Origin: Paraspadella gotoi
Taxonomy: Eukaryota > Animalia > Chaetognatha
DNA length: 64,000 nt
Direction of reading: 5' to 3'
Assembly: GCA_051294375.1 (NCBI GenBank)
Contig: CM119267.1
Coordinates: forward strand, 9,201,709-9,265,708
The translations under genes were made by a program, and so were the position numbers. Under the pieces are notes generated by a model. The model was not told where the DNA came from. It saw nothing but the letters and a program-made list of their open reading frames with translations, and did no database searches. Positions 1 through 13,235 of this stretch are shown here, piece by piece (the stretch's first letter is position 1; the number at the start of each line of letters is the position of its first letter).

Positions 1-274
1 AAAGGCTTACTCTCTCCCAAAAAGCCAAGGTAATTATTTATCTGAAAATTCGGATGACTTTTTAGTATTATATGCATTATGCATATACTTTAATTAATTG
101 ATTTTGCCCTAGGTGAAACTGGATTTTGTAGCTCCTTCTCCTGGGCATCACTCGTACCAATTGTACTTTATGAGTGATTCGTATCTCGGCTGCGATCAGG
201 AATACAAGTTCGCCGTCGATATTAAAGAGCCCCAGAGCGGATCGGACCGTGATTCCGGTTCAGAGTCTGATTAA
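1..274 (+). CDS. SNRNP200: 3' end of U5 snRNP 200 kDa helicase (Brr2); partial, exons <1-29 and 113-274
   Basis: Spliced translation RLTLSQKAK|[39 protein letters not shown] matches the Brr2 C-terminal Sec63 end; GT-AG intron 30-112. Confidence 0.9.
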
Positions 275-699
275 AAAGGGATAGTGTAAAAATGACTTTA
301 TGGAGGAACACGACTTTTTCGTAAGACTCGAAGCCATAGTACTCCTTGTGAATTCCTGAATCAGGATCTTTTCCTGGAATTGTTTCAAAGACGTTCATAC
401 TTTTTGTTTCATTCCTAAATTGTATCATATCATCTGTACCCCGAAAAGGGTAAATTCCTCACCGTTAATGTTTTTAATTTGAAAACAATTTTGTTCACCA
501 TACAGAATAAAATAGCGTTTCGTTTTCTCTTATTTATCGTCAGCTTTAATTCCTATATTAGTCTATTATCATTTGCGTTGCAGTCGCCAGAAGATAGTTA
601 CGACCTTACTAGTTATTGTAGTCCGTCAACTCTCATGTTAGATTCAACCGCGTTTTTCCGACATAAATTCTGGGATTTCCCAGTCTTGACAAAACAGTA

Positions 700-3600
700 A
701 TGGCGGCGGAATTGCTGAGTAGAGCTTCGACTCTGGACCAGCAGTTGGAGCGCGAGATAAAGCGCGTTGACGAGTCGATGTCTATTCTCAATGTTCGCCT
801 CAAAGAAGCTCTCTCCTCTGTGGAGGCCGCCGCCGAGGAAGCCGAGCGTCGCCTCAAATCCCTCGCTGCCGAACAAATTGAAAATCTCAAGTCCTTGCAC
901 CATAACAAATTGACGATGCTGGTTGAAAAATTAAATGAATTGCGGACGTCCAAATGTGTGTTAACTACCCGAAGCGCCGAGTGTCGCTTGATTTCCGAAA
1001 GTGAAAGCTGCTCCTCCCGAACAAAGGCGAATTCTCTTTGGGAGTTGGAATACTTTATGAAACAGTTAGATTTGGAATCGACGCAAGATCTCATCGGCAG
1101 CATGTTTCAGCTTTCTTACGACCGGTCAGAATCCGCTTTCCGCAGCTTGGGCCGTATCCAAGGGGGTTACTTGACCCTGAAACACGTTATTATCGCCACT
1201 GATCCGTCAGATATATTGCGCCCGGACAAAGACGGTTGGGTCCCGTTCGTTCTCACTCTTGCCACTGTCGATTTCATGAAGCGCTACTTCGCCCTGCGCC
1301 ACGTCAGATGGTACGACTGCGTTATGTCCGAAGCACGGAAATATTTAAGAATTCGAGTCACCGACCCTAAGTCTAATGATACGGAAGTTCGCGTTTGGTA
1401 CGAACCAAACGCGTCCAATCCCGCGCAAGTCAACGTTGTGGCGCGCTTCCTTCACTCGAGAGATGGCGTTTACGCCATACGAGTTTTTCTAAACGAAGAC
1501 TTGTTGGGCGACGCCCCGCTTCACGTCGCCGTAGTTGCGGGATGTAGCCAGGAAGCGGCGACCCCGCGACGATCGGCGTCAGTTAGTTCCAGTTCTGCCA
1601 CCCGAGAGGCCTTTCGCGACAGCGCGACCAAAGCCATATTTTCTCATCTCGGTCTTAAAAACTCGAGTGTCAAAAACGTCGAGACTCAAACGGATAGTTT
1701 GCTGCTCACAAGATCGAGATCGAAGTCGGTATCGTCGAACTCTTTCGATTCTAATTCTCGTGAGGCTTTTCGAGACAAAGCGAGGAAAGCTATCGTCTCT
1801 CACCTCGAAATAAAAAGCTCCACTTTCAATAACGCCGCCACTCAAACCAACAGGATATTGCTGGGGCTGTCTGCCGACGAGGACCTTTCTGATATCTGTA
1901 CGTCTCAGCTGGAGGGGATATCAAATAAAGAAATCGAGGGTACAACCATTCCATGTTGACGTTAGTAATTTGTTTTAAAATTCAAGAATCAACTTATCTA
2001 GTTACATAGTTAATAACTATAAATCATATTTTTTTAAAAACTAGAAAATTTTAGCTTTTTAGTTCGTTTTGTAATTTCGATTTCTTTCTTAGTCACTACA
2101 CAACAAACTCCAGAATATGATAAATTTTCGGCAAAAGATAATGATGGGTCGACATCGTCAACTTCGTTGTCGTCGCTGGCAACAGAAACTCCTAACATGG
2201 GTAAGAATTTTTCCCAAGATATTAACCATTCAATCGCCTCGGAAAATCGTAGTGCATTAAGCGAAAAACCGAATTCTTTATCTCTTCATCTTAAATCTGC
2301 TGGAAACATAATCGTTGCGACTGGAGGAGGGTCGTCCCCTCGCGACTCGGAAAATCGTAGTTCATTCAGCGAAAAAACGATTTCTTCATCTCTTCATCTT
2401 AAATCTGCTGGAAGCATAATCGTTGCGACTGGAGGAGGGTCGTCTCCTCTTTGGTCATCTTCATCTTCCAACTTTCGTGAGTTGGTGGATGTCAGCGGTT
2501 CGGATGTCTCCACAAAACCACCATTTCCGTGCGACATTGAAAAACCTGCCCTTGGTCCAAATATCGATGTTGCCTCATCCACTATTTGTATATCGTTGGA
2601 AAAGGTTCCAGCTGACGTCAAAACACACACAGATGAAGAGTCTCAAGATTTTCCCGTTAGCGATAAAGTTTCTGGCTCCGACGAATCGAATTCTTTCTTC
2701 AAACCAACTTGTCTCCCTGAGGTCGAAAATAAATACTCTAGTTCTTTTTCTACCCAAGATGCTCCTAGGAACGGCGCATCTGATGATCCCATTAAATTAG
2801 CGGGTGTCAACTTTTCTTTAGAATCCTCTACTTCTGATTCATCTCAGATGACAGTTGTATCTGCGTTAGAAAACGTATCTTCGGAAAACAGTATTAACAG
2901 CAACGTGACCTTTCTTTCTTGCCATAGTAGTAGCGAAGATTTTCTGAAAACATCGGAGGAACAAAAGGTGGACAGTCGTATTGAGAGCTTATGTGATAGA
3001 GAGCCTTTAAAAGATCTGAATGATAATAATATCGAGGAAGTTTTACATCATAAGAGTAACACACAATCTCCGGGAAAGGATATTATTCAAAAAGTCGCCA
3101 CCAGATACGGACCTCGCCCTTTTTCTGGCTCATTAAGATCCGAAAAGATTTCTTGTTCTCCGTTCGTCATCGAAAAATTGTCCCAGAATGAGATTGAATC
3201 GAAGTCTCCGAAAAGGATGCGAAGACCCAGCGCTCTTTCCCTAAAATCTCCGACTGTCTCCACGACTGATGAAAATGCTCGTCCCAATGTGTGGCCCGCC
3301 AATGCTCCAGAATTTATATTGGCCCCTAACACCTTTACAATGTCTGATCAACAGGTTAAGGAAGAAAAAAATTATTTTGTGAAACCTGAAGTCGACTCTT
3401 GCTCGTCGTCGGCTCGCGAGCTTTCGGCTGATTCGGTCGCGGACATTTTTGAAGGAATTGAACAAAAATTTGATGTCAAAGTTAAAGCGCTTGATGTTTG
3501 CGATAATCCCGTCGAAAATGGAAACGATGTTGTCGAAGATTGCAACAATGATGAAAAAGTTAGCGTCAGTTCTCTTAAACATAATGATGATGTGCTGGAA

Positions 3601-5375
3601 AATTTTGGGTATCCGCTGGAAAAACAAAACGATTCTCGTGAGCACAACAATGTTCCTATAGAGGAACCAGGTGAAATTAAAATAGTATCCCATGAACAAG
3701 AGGCTTTTCAATTGAAAAATAACCCATCTCAGACGCAGCGTTTAATGATTGGAGCATACCGGAACAATCCATGCGTAAACCCGTACGTCCTACCAATATA
3801 TAATTATGCCACTTTTTGTTCTATGCTTGGCGTTACGGCATCTCCGATGCAAATCGAACGGGCGCCTCTCAGACCTCCTCCGGGCTTCGAAGCAACCCGG
3901 CCATTGGTCATGCCATATTCCCAGTCATGCAGCCCACAGTTTTCACCATTCGCATTGCAGTCCCAACCGGGCACGGTCAAAATTGAAGCGCAATCAACTT
4001 CTCTCACCCATCATAATCCTTCGTTACAGACGTCCGTCAATTTTGAACCAACCTATAAAGCACCCATTCTGCGACCCCCTCCCGGACTTTCAGGCCTTTC
4101 AAATTTATTTTTAAAGAAAAAAGAAGCGATAAATAAGTCCAACTCTTCCATCGCATCCTCAGAAAATCAGCAACCTTCGGATCCTAATGTTGAAGAGCTG
4201 ACGCCCGTTTCCCCACTGTCCTCTGCCAATTTGTCCGTCGATTTTCAGCCCTCTTGCCATTCCTCCCGATTGTCCGCCAAAAATAACCTTGAAGCAGCCA
4301 CTCCGCTTTCCCTCACTCGATCCCGCGATTCGGTCATAGACAATTCGGTCGTCGTCGAGACTCTGTCCGACCTCTCGCTCTCTGTCCCCGAGCTCCCGGA
4401 AAAGGATCTCGATCTGGCTCGACTCTTATCCAAAAACGAGAAAAAACTCTCACTGAAACTCGATCGATCGTGGAAAAATTGTTACTTTCCCCTTGGGGTA
4501 ACCGTCGATCCTCGGACTAAAAAAATATACGTCTGTGACAACGGTAACGACAGGGTTAAGATTTTTTCCAACGACGGAGACGTTCTCGAAACGTTCGGGA
4601 AAAGGGCGAAGAATCATAAAGTTCGAATGCCCGGCGAATTTATTCGCCCTTCCGCCGTCGTCGTCGTCACGAATGAGGATGATCCCAAGATTTATGTGAA
4701 AGACATGTTCTGTATACAAGTTTTCGATGATCACGGAAAGTTTATTTTTGCTTTTGGTCATGAAGTTTTGAAGGCGAGTAAAATTTTTTAAAAAATGTTT
4801 TGAAGTAGACTTGTTCCGAGAATTTATTGATTTTCTTTTTTTTTTCCAAGGAGCCCTACGGTCTCGCTCTTAACCGTTACAATCATTTGGTGACGATCGA
4901 CGGCGTACGCGACGAAGTCTTTATCGTCATCTTCGACCTCAAGGGCGAGTTGAAACACCGACGCCGCCTTGAGATCTTTCCCGCAGGCACCTCGGATTCG
5001 CTCATTCGTGTCTCTAAATGTCGTTTTCTTGGGATCTTCGAGTGTCGCGTCTACGTCGTCAATCTCGGCCTCGACGTCGTTCACGTCTGCGATTTTGACG
5101 GAAAACTTTTGACGCAGTTCGGGGCTAAAGGTGGCGACGAGGGTTGTTTCCGGCAGGCCGCCGGTGTCACCTTCGATTCTGCGGGGAACTGCGTGGTCGC
5201 TGACGCCAAGAACAACCGATTGCAGGTTTTCGATCCCAAGGGAAATTTTCTCGGATTTCTAGTTACTACAAAACCCTTGAATAGACCTTCGGACATTCAC
5301 CTGACGTCGGATGGGGAATTGTTGGTCAGTAACTTTATGGGACACTGTGTCGACCGATTTGTTTTTCCCGAATGA
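700..5375 (+). CDS. TRIM-NHL-like protein (coiled coil, filamin-like Ig, long S/P-rich disordered region, C-terminal NHL beta-propeller); no RING/B-box seen; exons 700-1939, 2093-4773, 4851-5375
   Basis: Three ORFs join in frame through introns 1940-2092 (GT-AG) and 4774-4850 (GC-AG). NHL repeats FPLGVTVDP..IYVCDNGNDRVKIF, FRQAAGVTFDSAGNCVVADAKNNRLQVF, LNRPSDI; filamin-like end GVYAIRVFLNEDLLGDAPLHV. Confidence 0.75.
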
Positions 5376-6322
5376 ATTTTAATTTCTCGTCGAGGAATTA
5401 GATATTAGAGTGGAGCTCTCAAGAAGTTATTTGAGTGATCAAACAAGGATATTTAGACGTTAGATAAGTACAAAAAATATTTTTATATTGTCTCGGGAAC
5501 AGAATAGTAAAATACAATATATTTGTAGTAATATGCTTATAAAATAATAAATTTTTAAAAAAAATTTAAACTTTTAATAAAGATTCAGATTTTTCATAAA
5601 AAGTTAAATCAAAAATATAAAACATTTTATCAAAAATTATGTTGTTTTCAGCATTTAAAACGGGGGGGGGGAAGGTGAAAATTTATGACTTTATGACTTT
5701 TTTCTGTAGTAGAAACTTATATATGTTAAAACGTTGGTCATTTTTTGCGGTCTAAACATTAAAATATCAAATAACATATTAACATATTTTATAAAAGTTT
5801 TTTACGGCGAATCTAAATATTTAAAAAAAAATCTTTTGAAATTTAATGATTTTATAAGGATATTACTTCTTTTAAAAAAAATTTTTTTAGCATAACAGTA
5901 TAGTATTATTTAAGGTTTTCATTGTATTTTGACTTTCTTTTTGCTATTTAAAATAGTTTAGAAATGAAACGAAAAATTCGTTGGAATAGCAATTTTATTT
6001 TTAAATTTTATTTTTAAAATTGCTATTCCAACGAATTTTTCGTTTCATCTCTAAACTATTTAAGGTTTTAAAATTTGTTAAATACATGTCAATAGGCGGC
6101 AAAAAAATCATGTTCAATCATTCAATATTTTCATCACTCCACCCTAATATATACGTATCACCTCTAAAATATTTGTATTACTCGTATGTTAATTTATTTC
6201 CAATTTGCGTTTTTCTTTTCAATTTCATATTTCCCAGGGTGGTTCTTAATTTTAATGGTCTTCAGACCATGAACCTTCGTTTTAATATTTCCATTTTTCT
6301 TTCTAGAAAAGTTATAAACGCA

Positions 6323-6988
6323 ATGGCATTGGCGTCGCGATTTTCGCGATCCTTCCTCAAAAACCTTCCAGCTATCATCACCAAGCCTACATCGTGGAAA
6401 GTTATTCCGGAGGTGACTTGCGTCTCTAATTTCGGGGTTAAATCTTTTTGCGCGTCGACTCGACTATCTGAGGACTGGCAATTACAAGAAACTACCAAAG
6501 TAGAAGCTAAATTGGAAGACGCGGCCTCGTCTGCCGAAGATGCAATTCGCGAGCACGTTGAAGAGGCCGTTGCTTCTCTGCCTTTGACCGAACGACTTTT
6601 CGCCGTCGTGCAACTCGACGGAAAACAATTTCGGGTCTCTCAGGGCGATATCGTTACGTTACCTGATTGGTGAGAAAACGTGGTTTCTTTTTCAGAAAAA
6701 AAAAGTTTTTATTGCTTGTGTATTTTTAGGTTAACCGCAGAAATGGGAGAACGTATTCGATTAGAGAAAGTCTTGCTTGTTGGAGGTCGAGAATTCTCTC
6801 TAATCGGGCGCCCTTTGCTGAAACGGAGCCAAGTTCTCGTCGAGGCTACGGTGATCGAAAAGACTCTCACGCCCACCGACATCATTAGACGATTTCGCCA
6901 ACGATCTCGTTTTAAGAAAACTTACCTCACAAGAAATCCGCTCACCTACCTAAGAATAAACAATGTCAAGTTGTTGACACCACATTGA
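6323..6988 (+). CDS. MRPL21: Mitochondrial ribosomal protein bL21m; exons 6323-6669, 6730-6988
   Basis: RLFAVVQLDGKQFRVSQGD, GERIRLEKVLLVGGREFSLIGRPLL, VEATVIEKT; N-terminus resembles a transit peptide. Confidence 0.92.
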
Positions 6989-7067
6989 TGATATAGAATT
7001 TTCTCAAGTCAAATTATTCGCGGGTTGTTTTGTTACAGAAAAAAAGTGATAGGTAGAGGCGGGTAGC

Positions 7068-10000
7068 ATGGAAATTAGCGCCGGAGAGACGCTGGATGAA
7101 AGCTTGGATCTTCCGTTAGGAGGTCGACGATTCTACGAGATCCCCGACAGAGATGTCGCCGAGGATGAAGAGACGAAAGGCCCAGCGCTCTTTGAGTATC
7201 TCAGGGACAACGTCGTCGGAAAAGACGCATCGTTCTCTGGACCTTTCGGCCGCCGGAGAGTCGTATACGCTGACTACACGGCGAGTGGTAGGGCTCTCTC
7301 CTTCCTCGAAAAATACATATATCAGGTAGGCGCTAAGGCGCTTGGAATGCGCAGTATTTTGTAGTCGTTTTCTGAGTGTGGAGTCCAAACTCTTCTTTCA
7401 GGAAGTTCTTCCATACTACGGTAACACCCACACAACTTCTACTGTGACGTCGCTGCAATCAACGCTTTTTCGTCACGAAGCTCGCGATGTCATCCGAAAT
7501 GCCACCAACGCCTCCGAGCACGACGCCGTCATCTTCGTGTCGAGCGGCGCGACGGGTGCCGTGCATAAGCTCATCAACGCCGTTACAAAAGGACGCAGAA
7601 GTAATTCTTTGCCATTAGAAAAGAGATGGAAATGATACGATTTGACACATGTCGCTTATTCTAGGTCCGGCGCCTTTGATTATCGCGGGTCCATGGGAGC
7701 ATCACTCCAATCTATTGCCTTGGCGCGAAATCGGTGCTCGAGTCTTTAACGTTTCCGAGGACGAGACCGGCGCCGTCGATCTAAAAGACTTAAAAAGTAA
7801 ATTGTTGGAGGCGCGATCTCTTCGCTCGCCCGGCCAACTTGTTGTGGGATGTTTTAGCGCCGCATCAAACGTTACAGGAGTTATAGCAGACGTAAGGCAA
7901 AATTTGGTTACGCCCTCTCCTTAAATTATGAAGACGAGCGAGTTTCTATATAAGGTCGATGCCATCTCGGTCCTGCTGCATCGTTACGAAAGCCTAGCCA
8001 TTTTCGACTATGCTACCGCCGCTCCTCACTTGAATATCGACATAAACCCCGTGGCCAAAGATCCGGCCGATCAACCCTTCGTCCACAAGGACGCCGTGCT
8101 CGTTTCTCCGCACAAGTTCGTCGGTGGCGTGGACACTCCTGGTGTCTTGATCGCCAAGAAGGCTCTCTTTAGCGAATCTCCGATCCCGACAGAGGGTGGC
8201 GGGGGAAGCGTGTTCTTCGTGACAGAAAAAGGTCACAGGTATTTAAAGGTAAGTTTTTAAATTTATTTTTATCATAAATAGTACTAAAAGATTTTCATTC
8301 TCTTCGGTTTCTATATCTATATTGGCTAGGAGCCGGAAATGCGGGAAGAGGGTGGAACTCCGGATATCGTAGGATCGATTCGAGCAGGTCTCGTTTTTCA
8401 ACTCAAAAGCGCCATCAGCGTTTCCGCTATCGAAGCGGCCGACAAAAGGCTTGTTGAAAAAGCTTTGCAAGCCTGGAAGCACCTTGATAACCTTCACATA
8501 TTAGGTAGGCAAATTGTCACATCGCGACGTTTGGTGATTGGTTAGCGAAGTCTCTTACATTTTTATCCATTATTATTTTCAGGTCCTCACCAACAGGAGC
8601 GGCTACCGGTTTTTTCTCTGATGTTCGAACATCGCGAGACCGGCCTTTTTCTTCACCACAATTTCGTCGTTGCGTTGCTCAACGATCTTTTTGGGATACA
8701 GTCACGAGGAGGGTGCGCGTGCGCGGGTAAACTAGATTTTAAATGAGATTTTAACTTTCACTTCTTTATTAAAAAATTGGTACAACCAATATAAAATTAT
8801 CCATTTTCCATCTTACCCCTGACTTTGGACATGGTTTGGTGGTTTAAGGCCTCCATCACTCTTACAAGATAATGACAGAGCAGGTCCTGCAAGCCTGCAT
8901 GGTTTCAATCAAGACTCAGTCTCGTTCCTTTACTTAGAGAGTAGCTGGCTTCCCTATGTTTTTGTCTGTCACTATCTCTGTTTGACCCACGCAAACTCGT
9001 TTGCCGTTTCTACATATATGTAACATATTGGAGCTCTTTTTTAACTATTCTGTCTCGAATAGGTCCATATGCGCAGAGCATTATGGGTATGGACTTCGAC
9101 CTTGCTACTAAATATGAAATGCTTCTTCTTGAGGATCAGAGGCTGGATCGCACTCACTTACGAAGATATCGAGAATATTCACAAAATGAAATCCTTAGAC
9201 CAGGTTAAAACTTAAGTTGTTTGTATAATGTAGGTTGTAAACTTTACTTCGTCCGATCCATACAGGTTTCGTTCGATTAAATTTGAGTTTCTTCGCTTCT
9301 GAGGAAGAGATCGACTTCATCTTGGATGCCGTTAAGTGGATCGCTATTAACGGAGCCAAGTTTTTGCCTTTTTATGTTTTCAACCGAGAAACGGGGGAGT
9401 GGCGTCACAAAGATCACCAGGTGATGATGACTTCCCTTCTCTCAAAAAAAAAGAAACGGCCCTCATTGAAATTTGGCTTCGTCAATTCTCTCAAGGTATT
9501 TCGCGATCGGAGGTGGCTGGGAAACGTCTCTTACCGAACAGGTCGTATGTCGTGGGTCGAACCTCGCGTCAAAGACAAAGGCCCCTTGCCGGATTCACAC
9601 GAAGAATGCCTTAACGCGGCTGATGAGTTGCTGCAGCGACTCCCTGATGCCGCCAGACGCCTTCGCCTCGGCGATCAACGCGATCTCTTCTCCACTGACG
9701 TCGCGGGCGACTTTAGATGGTTCGTCTTGCCGTCGGAAGAGCTGGAAGCCTCGTTGGGGAATGTGGCCGTCAAAAAAACTCCCCCCTTTTACCCTAAAAC
9801 ATACGAAGGAACCCGCGATTCAGACGTCGGAAACGTGGATAGCCACCCTTCGATATCCCCGGATAATGATGAAAGTAAAGACAAGAGCGAGGAAAGTGAA
9901 TCAAAAAGCGCGAAACCGATCATTGAAGAAGGGACGGTTGTTGCGGATGGCGAATTCGATAGTCCGTTGACGGACATAACATTGGCATCTAATCGTGATA

Positions 10001-11155
10001 GCGGCCAGAACAAATCTAGTCCCAGAGATCGTGACATAAAGCCCTCACAAAGTGACACAAAAGTTACGGATAATGAAGTCAATGGCGTTGACGGAGCAAG
10101 ATTGAAGTTTAAATCCATGTCTCAAGTTTGTTCGCTAGGCGATTCTCGGCCCACGAACTCTTGTCCATGTCGCCCCTTCAAAAACCCTCCAAGACGCCGA
10201 CCTGTCCCGGACTCGGTTCTCACAACCCCCGCAAAATGGTTTGCTCCTGGCAAGAGCCTCTACAAGCCGACCTCGGAAGCCATCGCTGATTTTAACATGC
10301 TCCGCAATGGTGATCGCGTGCTTGTGTGCCTTTCGGGCGGCAAAGACTCTCTTTCACTACTGCATACGTTGAGACAGTTTCGTTTCGCCGCCAAGAGTCG
10401 TGGAGTGGATTTCGAATTGGGCGCCGTCACCGTTGACCCCCTCAGCCCTTCTTACGACCCGTCGCCGCTTGTGCCTTACCTCAAATCACTCGGCGTGCCT
10501 TATTATTACGAAGAGCAAGATATTCTTGGTCAAGCCGAGGTTTGCAAACCTGAAAGCATCTGCTCCTTTTGCTCGCGCATGAAAAGGGGGAGGATTTATG
10601 CTGCGGCCAGGTATTTTTTCGTGTCGGGAAAATAGATTTAAGACAATAATATTATAATCATCACCGTTATTCTCTAGGCGCGAAGGTTACAACGTTTTGG
10701 CATTTGGACAGCATTTGGACGACCTCGCAGAAAGTTTTCTTATGTCCGTTTTTCATAACGGCCTCCTTCGTACAATGAAAGCCAACTATCTTGTAGCCGA
10801 ACAAGATCTACGAGTCATTCGACCGTTTGTGTACGTTAGAGAAAAAGATACTAGAAACTTTGCGGAGATCAACAAGCTGCCGGTCATTCCTGAAAATTGC
10901 CCAGCCTGTTTTGAAGTAGGTTCGCGTTTTCGTTTCTCCTTAATCGATTTCTTATTTTTTTTCATAATTTATTAGGCTCCTAAGGAACGACATCGATTCA
11001 AGCAAATGCTCGCCACTCAAGAATTGTTATTTCCTGACGTTTACAGCCATATACTAGAAGCCATCAGACCTTTGATGGCTTTAAAATTGAATTCCACTAA
11101 AGGGTTTAAAGAAAGGATATTTTCCGTTTCTGATTCTGAGGAGCAAATTGTCTGA
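7068..11155 (+). CDS. Fusion of PLP-dependent cysteine desulfurase (aminotransferase class V) and TtcA-like PP-loop tRNA sulfurtransferase; multi-exon
   Basis: N-part: YADYTASGRAL, YYGNTHT, WEHHSNLLPWRE, SAASNVTG, SPHKFVGG, EEGGTPDI, GIQSRGGCACAG|PY. C-part: CLSGGKDS, CSFCSRMKRG, GQHLDDLAESFLM, VIRPFVYVRE, ENCPAC. Both halves lie in the continuous ORF 9283-10635. Confidence 0.88.
8766..8895. repeat. Dispersed repeat, copy 1 (intronic); related copies at 22864-22981 (inverted) and 35100-35218
   Basis: Shared blocks AAATTGGTACAACCAATATAAAATTATCCA, ATCTTRCCCCTGACYTTGGACA and CCTCCATCACTCTTACAAGAT. Confidence 0.8.
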
Positions 11156-11252
11156 GATGTTTTTTGTTCATTTTTCGATTAAAAGCTTAACATATAAAAT
11201 TATAAATATATAAAATTATAAATATTATTTTGAATATTATTTTATACTGAAG

Positions 11253-12992
11253 ATGTATGGAAGATCGCTACAAAGATTTCCTCAAACTGTTTGCAAACTT
11301 TTTTTGGTTCCCCAAAGAGTAAATTATCCATGTTTTTACGCACGTGGATGCGCTACCAAAGAATTTGTCGTCCCCTTATTCGTCAGAGCCCAAGATTTTT
11401 TAGATAAAACAGCCGTCATTGATCATCGGGGCAGCCACACATTCGCTCAGTTGCTTCTTCATGCCGCGCAAGTCAGAGATACCATTCTCGAAAACCTGAA
11501 CTCAAGTGATTTCAGGGTAGAACCCAGAGTTTCTTTGCTAACGGCAAATGACGCCGACTACGTGAGCGCTACTTGGGGAGCCTGGCTCGCCGGCGCCATC
11601 CCGGTTCCTCTGTACGGCGATTATCCTCCGAGCGTCCTAGACTACTATGTGACAGATTCGGGCTCTTCTCTGATATTAGCGTCCGAGTCATTGGATGAAT
11701 TGGCAAAGACCCTGGCTCAATCTAGAAAATCTTCTGAGAAGTTGACTGTTGTCACCATACCTTTTTCTAATGTATTTGAAGGTCTTCCGCCTTCGCTCAT
11801 CTCGGCCTTGGAAAGCTTTCGGCATCGAGCAGCGACGAAAGACGATTTTCGTGACAAACGCGCCCTCATGATTTACTCAAGTGGAACGACGGGTCCCCCG
11901 AAGGGGGTCGTTTTGACCTTTGGAAGCATCGATGCCCAGATGAAAAATATGGTAGCTTTTTGGTCGTGGAAACGGGAAGACTTAATACTCCACACTCTCC
12001 CACTTCATCACGTCCACGGAATCGTCAACTGTCTCTTTACTCCCTTGTCCGTCGGTGCTACGGTTCATCTTCTCGAACGTTTCAGTCCGAACGAAGTCAT
12101 GCGAAACCTATTAAATCCAATTGTTGTAGAAGGAAACAGCACCTATCATTCGATTTTCATGGCAGTCCCCACTATTTACGTAAAACTTTTGAATTTCGTT
12201 GAGGAGCACATGCCACAGGATTTAAGCAGAATTCGTAAGATTCTTGACACAAAAGTGCGCCTCATGGTTTCGGGATCGGCGGCTCTTCCAACCCCCGTCG
12301 CCGAAAAATGGGAGATTATGACTGGTCATCGGCTTTTAGAACGATACGGAATGACCGAGATCGGAATGGCACTCTCTAATCCGCTCTTCGGCGAGCGACG
12401 ATTGGGCGCCGTTGGAATACCAATGCCTTCCGTTCGGGTCGCCGTCGCTTGCGAAGATACAGGAAAGATTGAGGCGGAGTGCAGCGGAAAAAATCCAACT
12501 GATATAATTCTTAACGGTAAACAGAAATCTTTGATTATGGGGGAACTCCTTGTGAAGGGTCCCTCTTTATTTTCGGAATACTGGCAGAGACCGCAAGTCA
12601 CCAAAGAGTCTTTTACAGCCGATGGTTGGTTTAAAACTGGGGATACCTGCGTCATAGAAAACGGATACTTTAGAATCTTTGGGCGTACTTCCGTCGATGT
12701 TATCAAAAGCGGAGGGTACAAAATAAGCGCCCTTGACGTTGAGCGTCATCTTTTGTCGCATCCGGACATTACGGACGTCGCCGTAGTAGGCGTTTCGGAC
12801 AGAGAATGGGGAGAGCGTGTTGGGGCGATAATTGTTACGTCTAGTCAATTAACTCTAGAGGAATTACGGGTTTGGGGAAGGGAAGTGATGCCTGTCAGTT
12901 GGATTCCTTCTTTAATTGCCAACGTAGAATCCATTCCTCGCAATGCTATGGGAAAAATGGACAAGAAAAGTCTCGTTAAAATATTTGAGTAG
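11253..12992 (+). CDS. ACSF3: Malonate-CoA ligase / acyl-CoA synthetase family member 3, intronless
   Basis: AMP-binding IYSSGTTGPPKGV, LHTLPLHHVHGIVN, RLMVSGSAALP, LLERYGMTEIGMALSNP, GRTSVDVIKSGGYKISALDVE, PRNAMGK. Confidence 0.92.
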   Translation: MYGRSLQRFPQTVCKLFLVPQRVNYPCFYARGCATKEFVVPLFVRAQDFLDKTAVIDHRGSHTFAQLLLHAAQVRDTILENLNSSDFRVEPRVSLLTANDADYVSATWGAWLAGAIPVPLYGDYPPSVLDYYVTDSGSSLILASESLDELAKTLAQSRKSSEKLTVVTIPFSNVFEGLPPSLISALESFRHRAATKDDFRDKRALMIYSSGTTGPPKGVVLTFGSIDAQMKNMVAFWSWKREDLILHTLPLHHVHGIVNCLFTPLSVGATVHLLERFSPNEVMRNLLNPIVVEGNSTYHSIFMAVPTIYVKLLNFVEEHMPQDLSRIRKILDTKVRLMVSGSAALPTPVAEKWEIMTGHRLLERYGMTEIGMALSNPLFGERRLGAVGIPMPSVRVAVACEDTGKIEAECSGKNPTDIILNGKQKSLIMGELLVKGPSLFSEYWQRPQVTKESFTADGWFKTGDTCVIENGYFRIFGRTSVDVIKSGGYKISALDVERHLLSHPDITDVAVVGVSDREWGERVGAIIVTSSQLTLEELRVWGREVMPVSWIPSLIANVESIPRNAMGKMDKKSLVKIFE

Positions 12993-13235
12993 ATGAATAT
13001 TTATTTAAAATCCAAGGGGAATAAAGGGATATTTACCCAAATTTAAATTTCCTTAGCTAAAAAAGGTTTTAGAAAAAAATTATAATGTTCATGTGATGAA
13101 AATAAATTTATTGTCCTTGTGCCGAAAATATTTTTAAACAACAATTTGTGCTCTTAGTGTTATTTTATAATTTTATTAATTTCATTTGATTTTTATACAA
13201 TTTCACAGCAAATCTTTCCCGCTAAATTTTATAAA

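Noticed and set aside
6020-6322. N-terminal extensions of ORF-track calls (also 21788, 35159, 49688, 52107)
   Set aside because: AT-rich non-coding sequence upstream of the plausible ATG, opened by alternative start codons or chance
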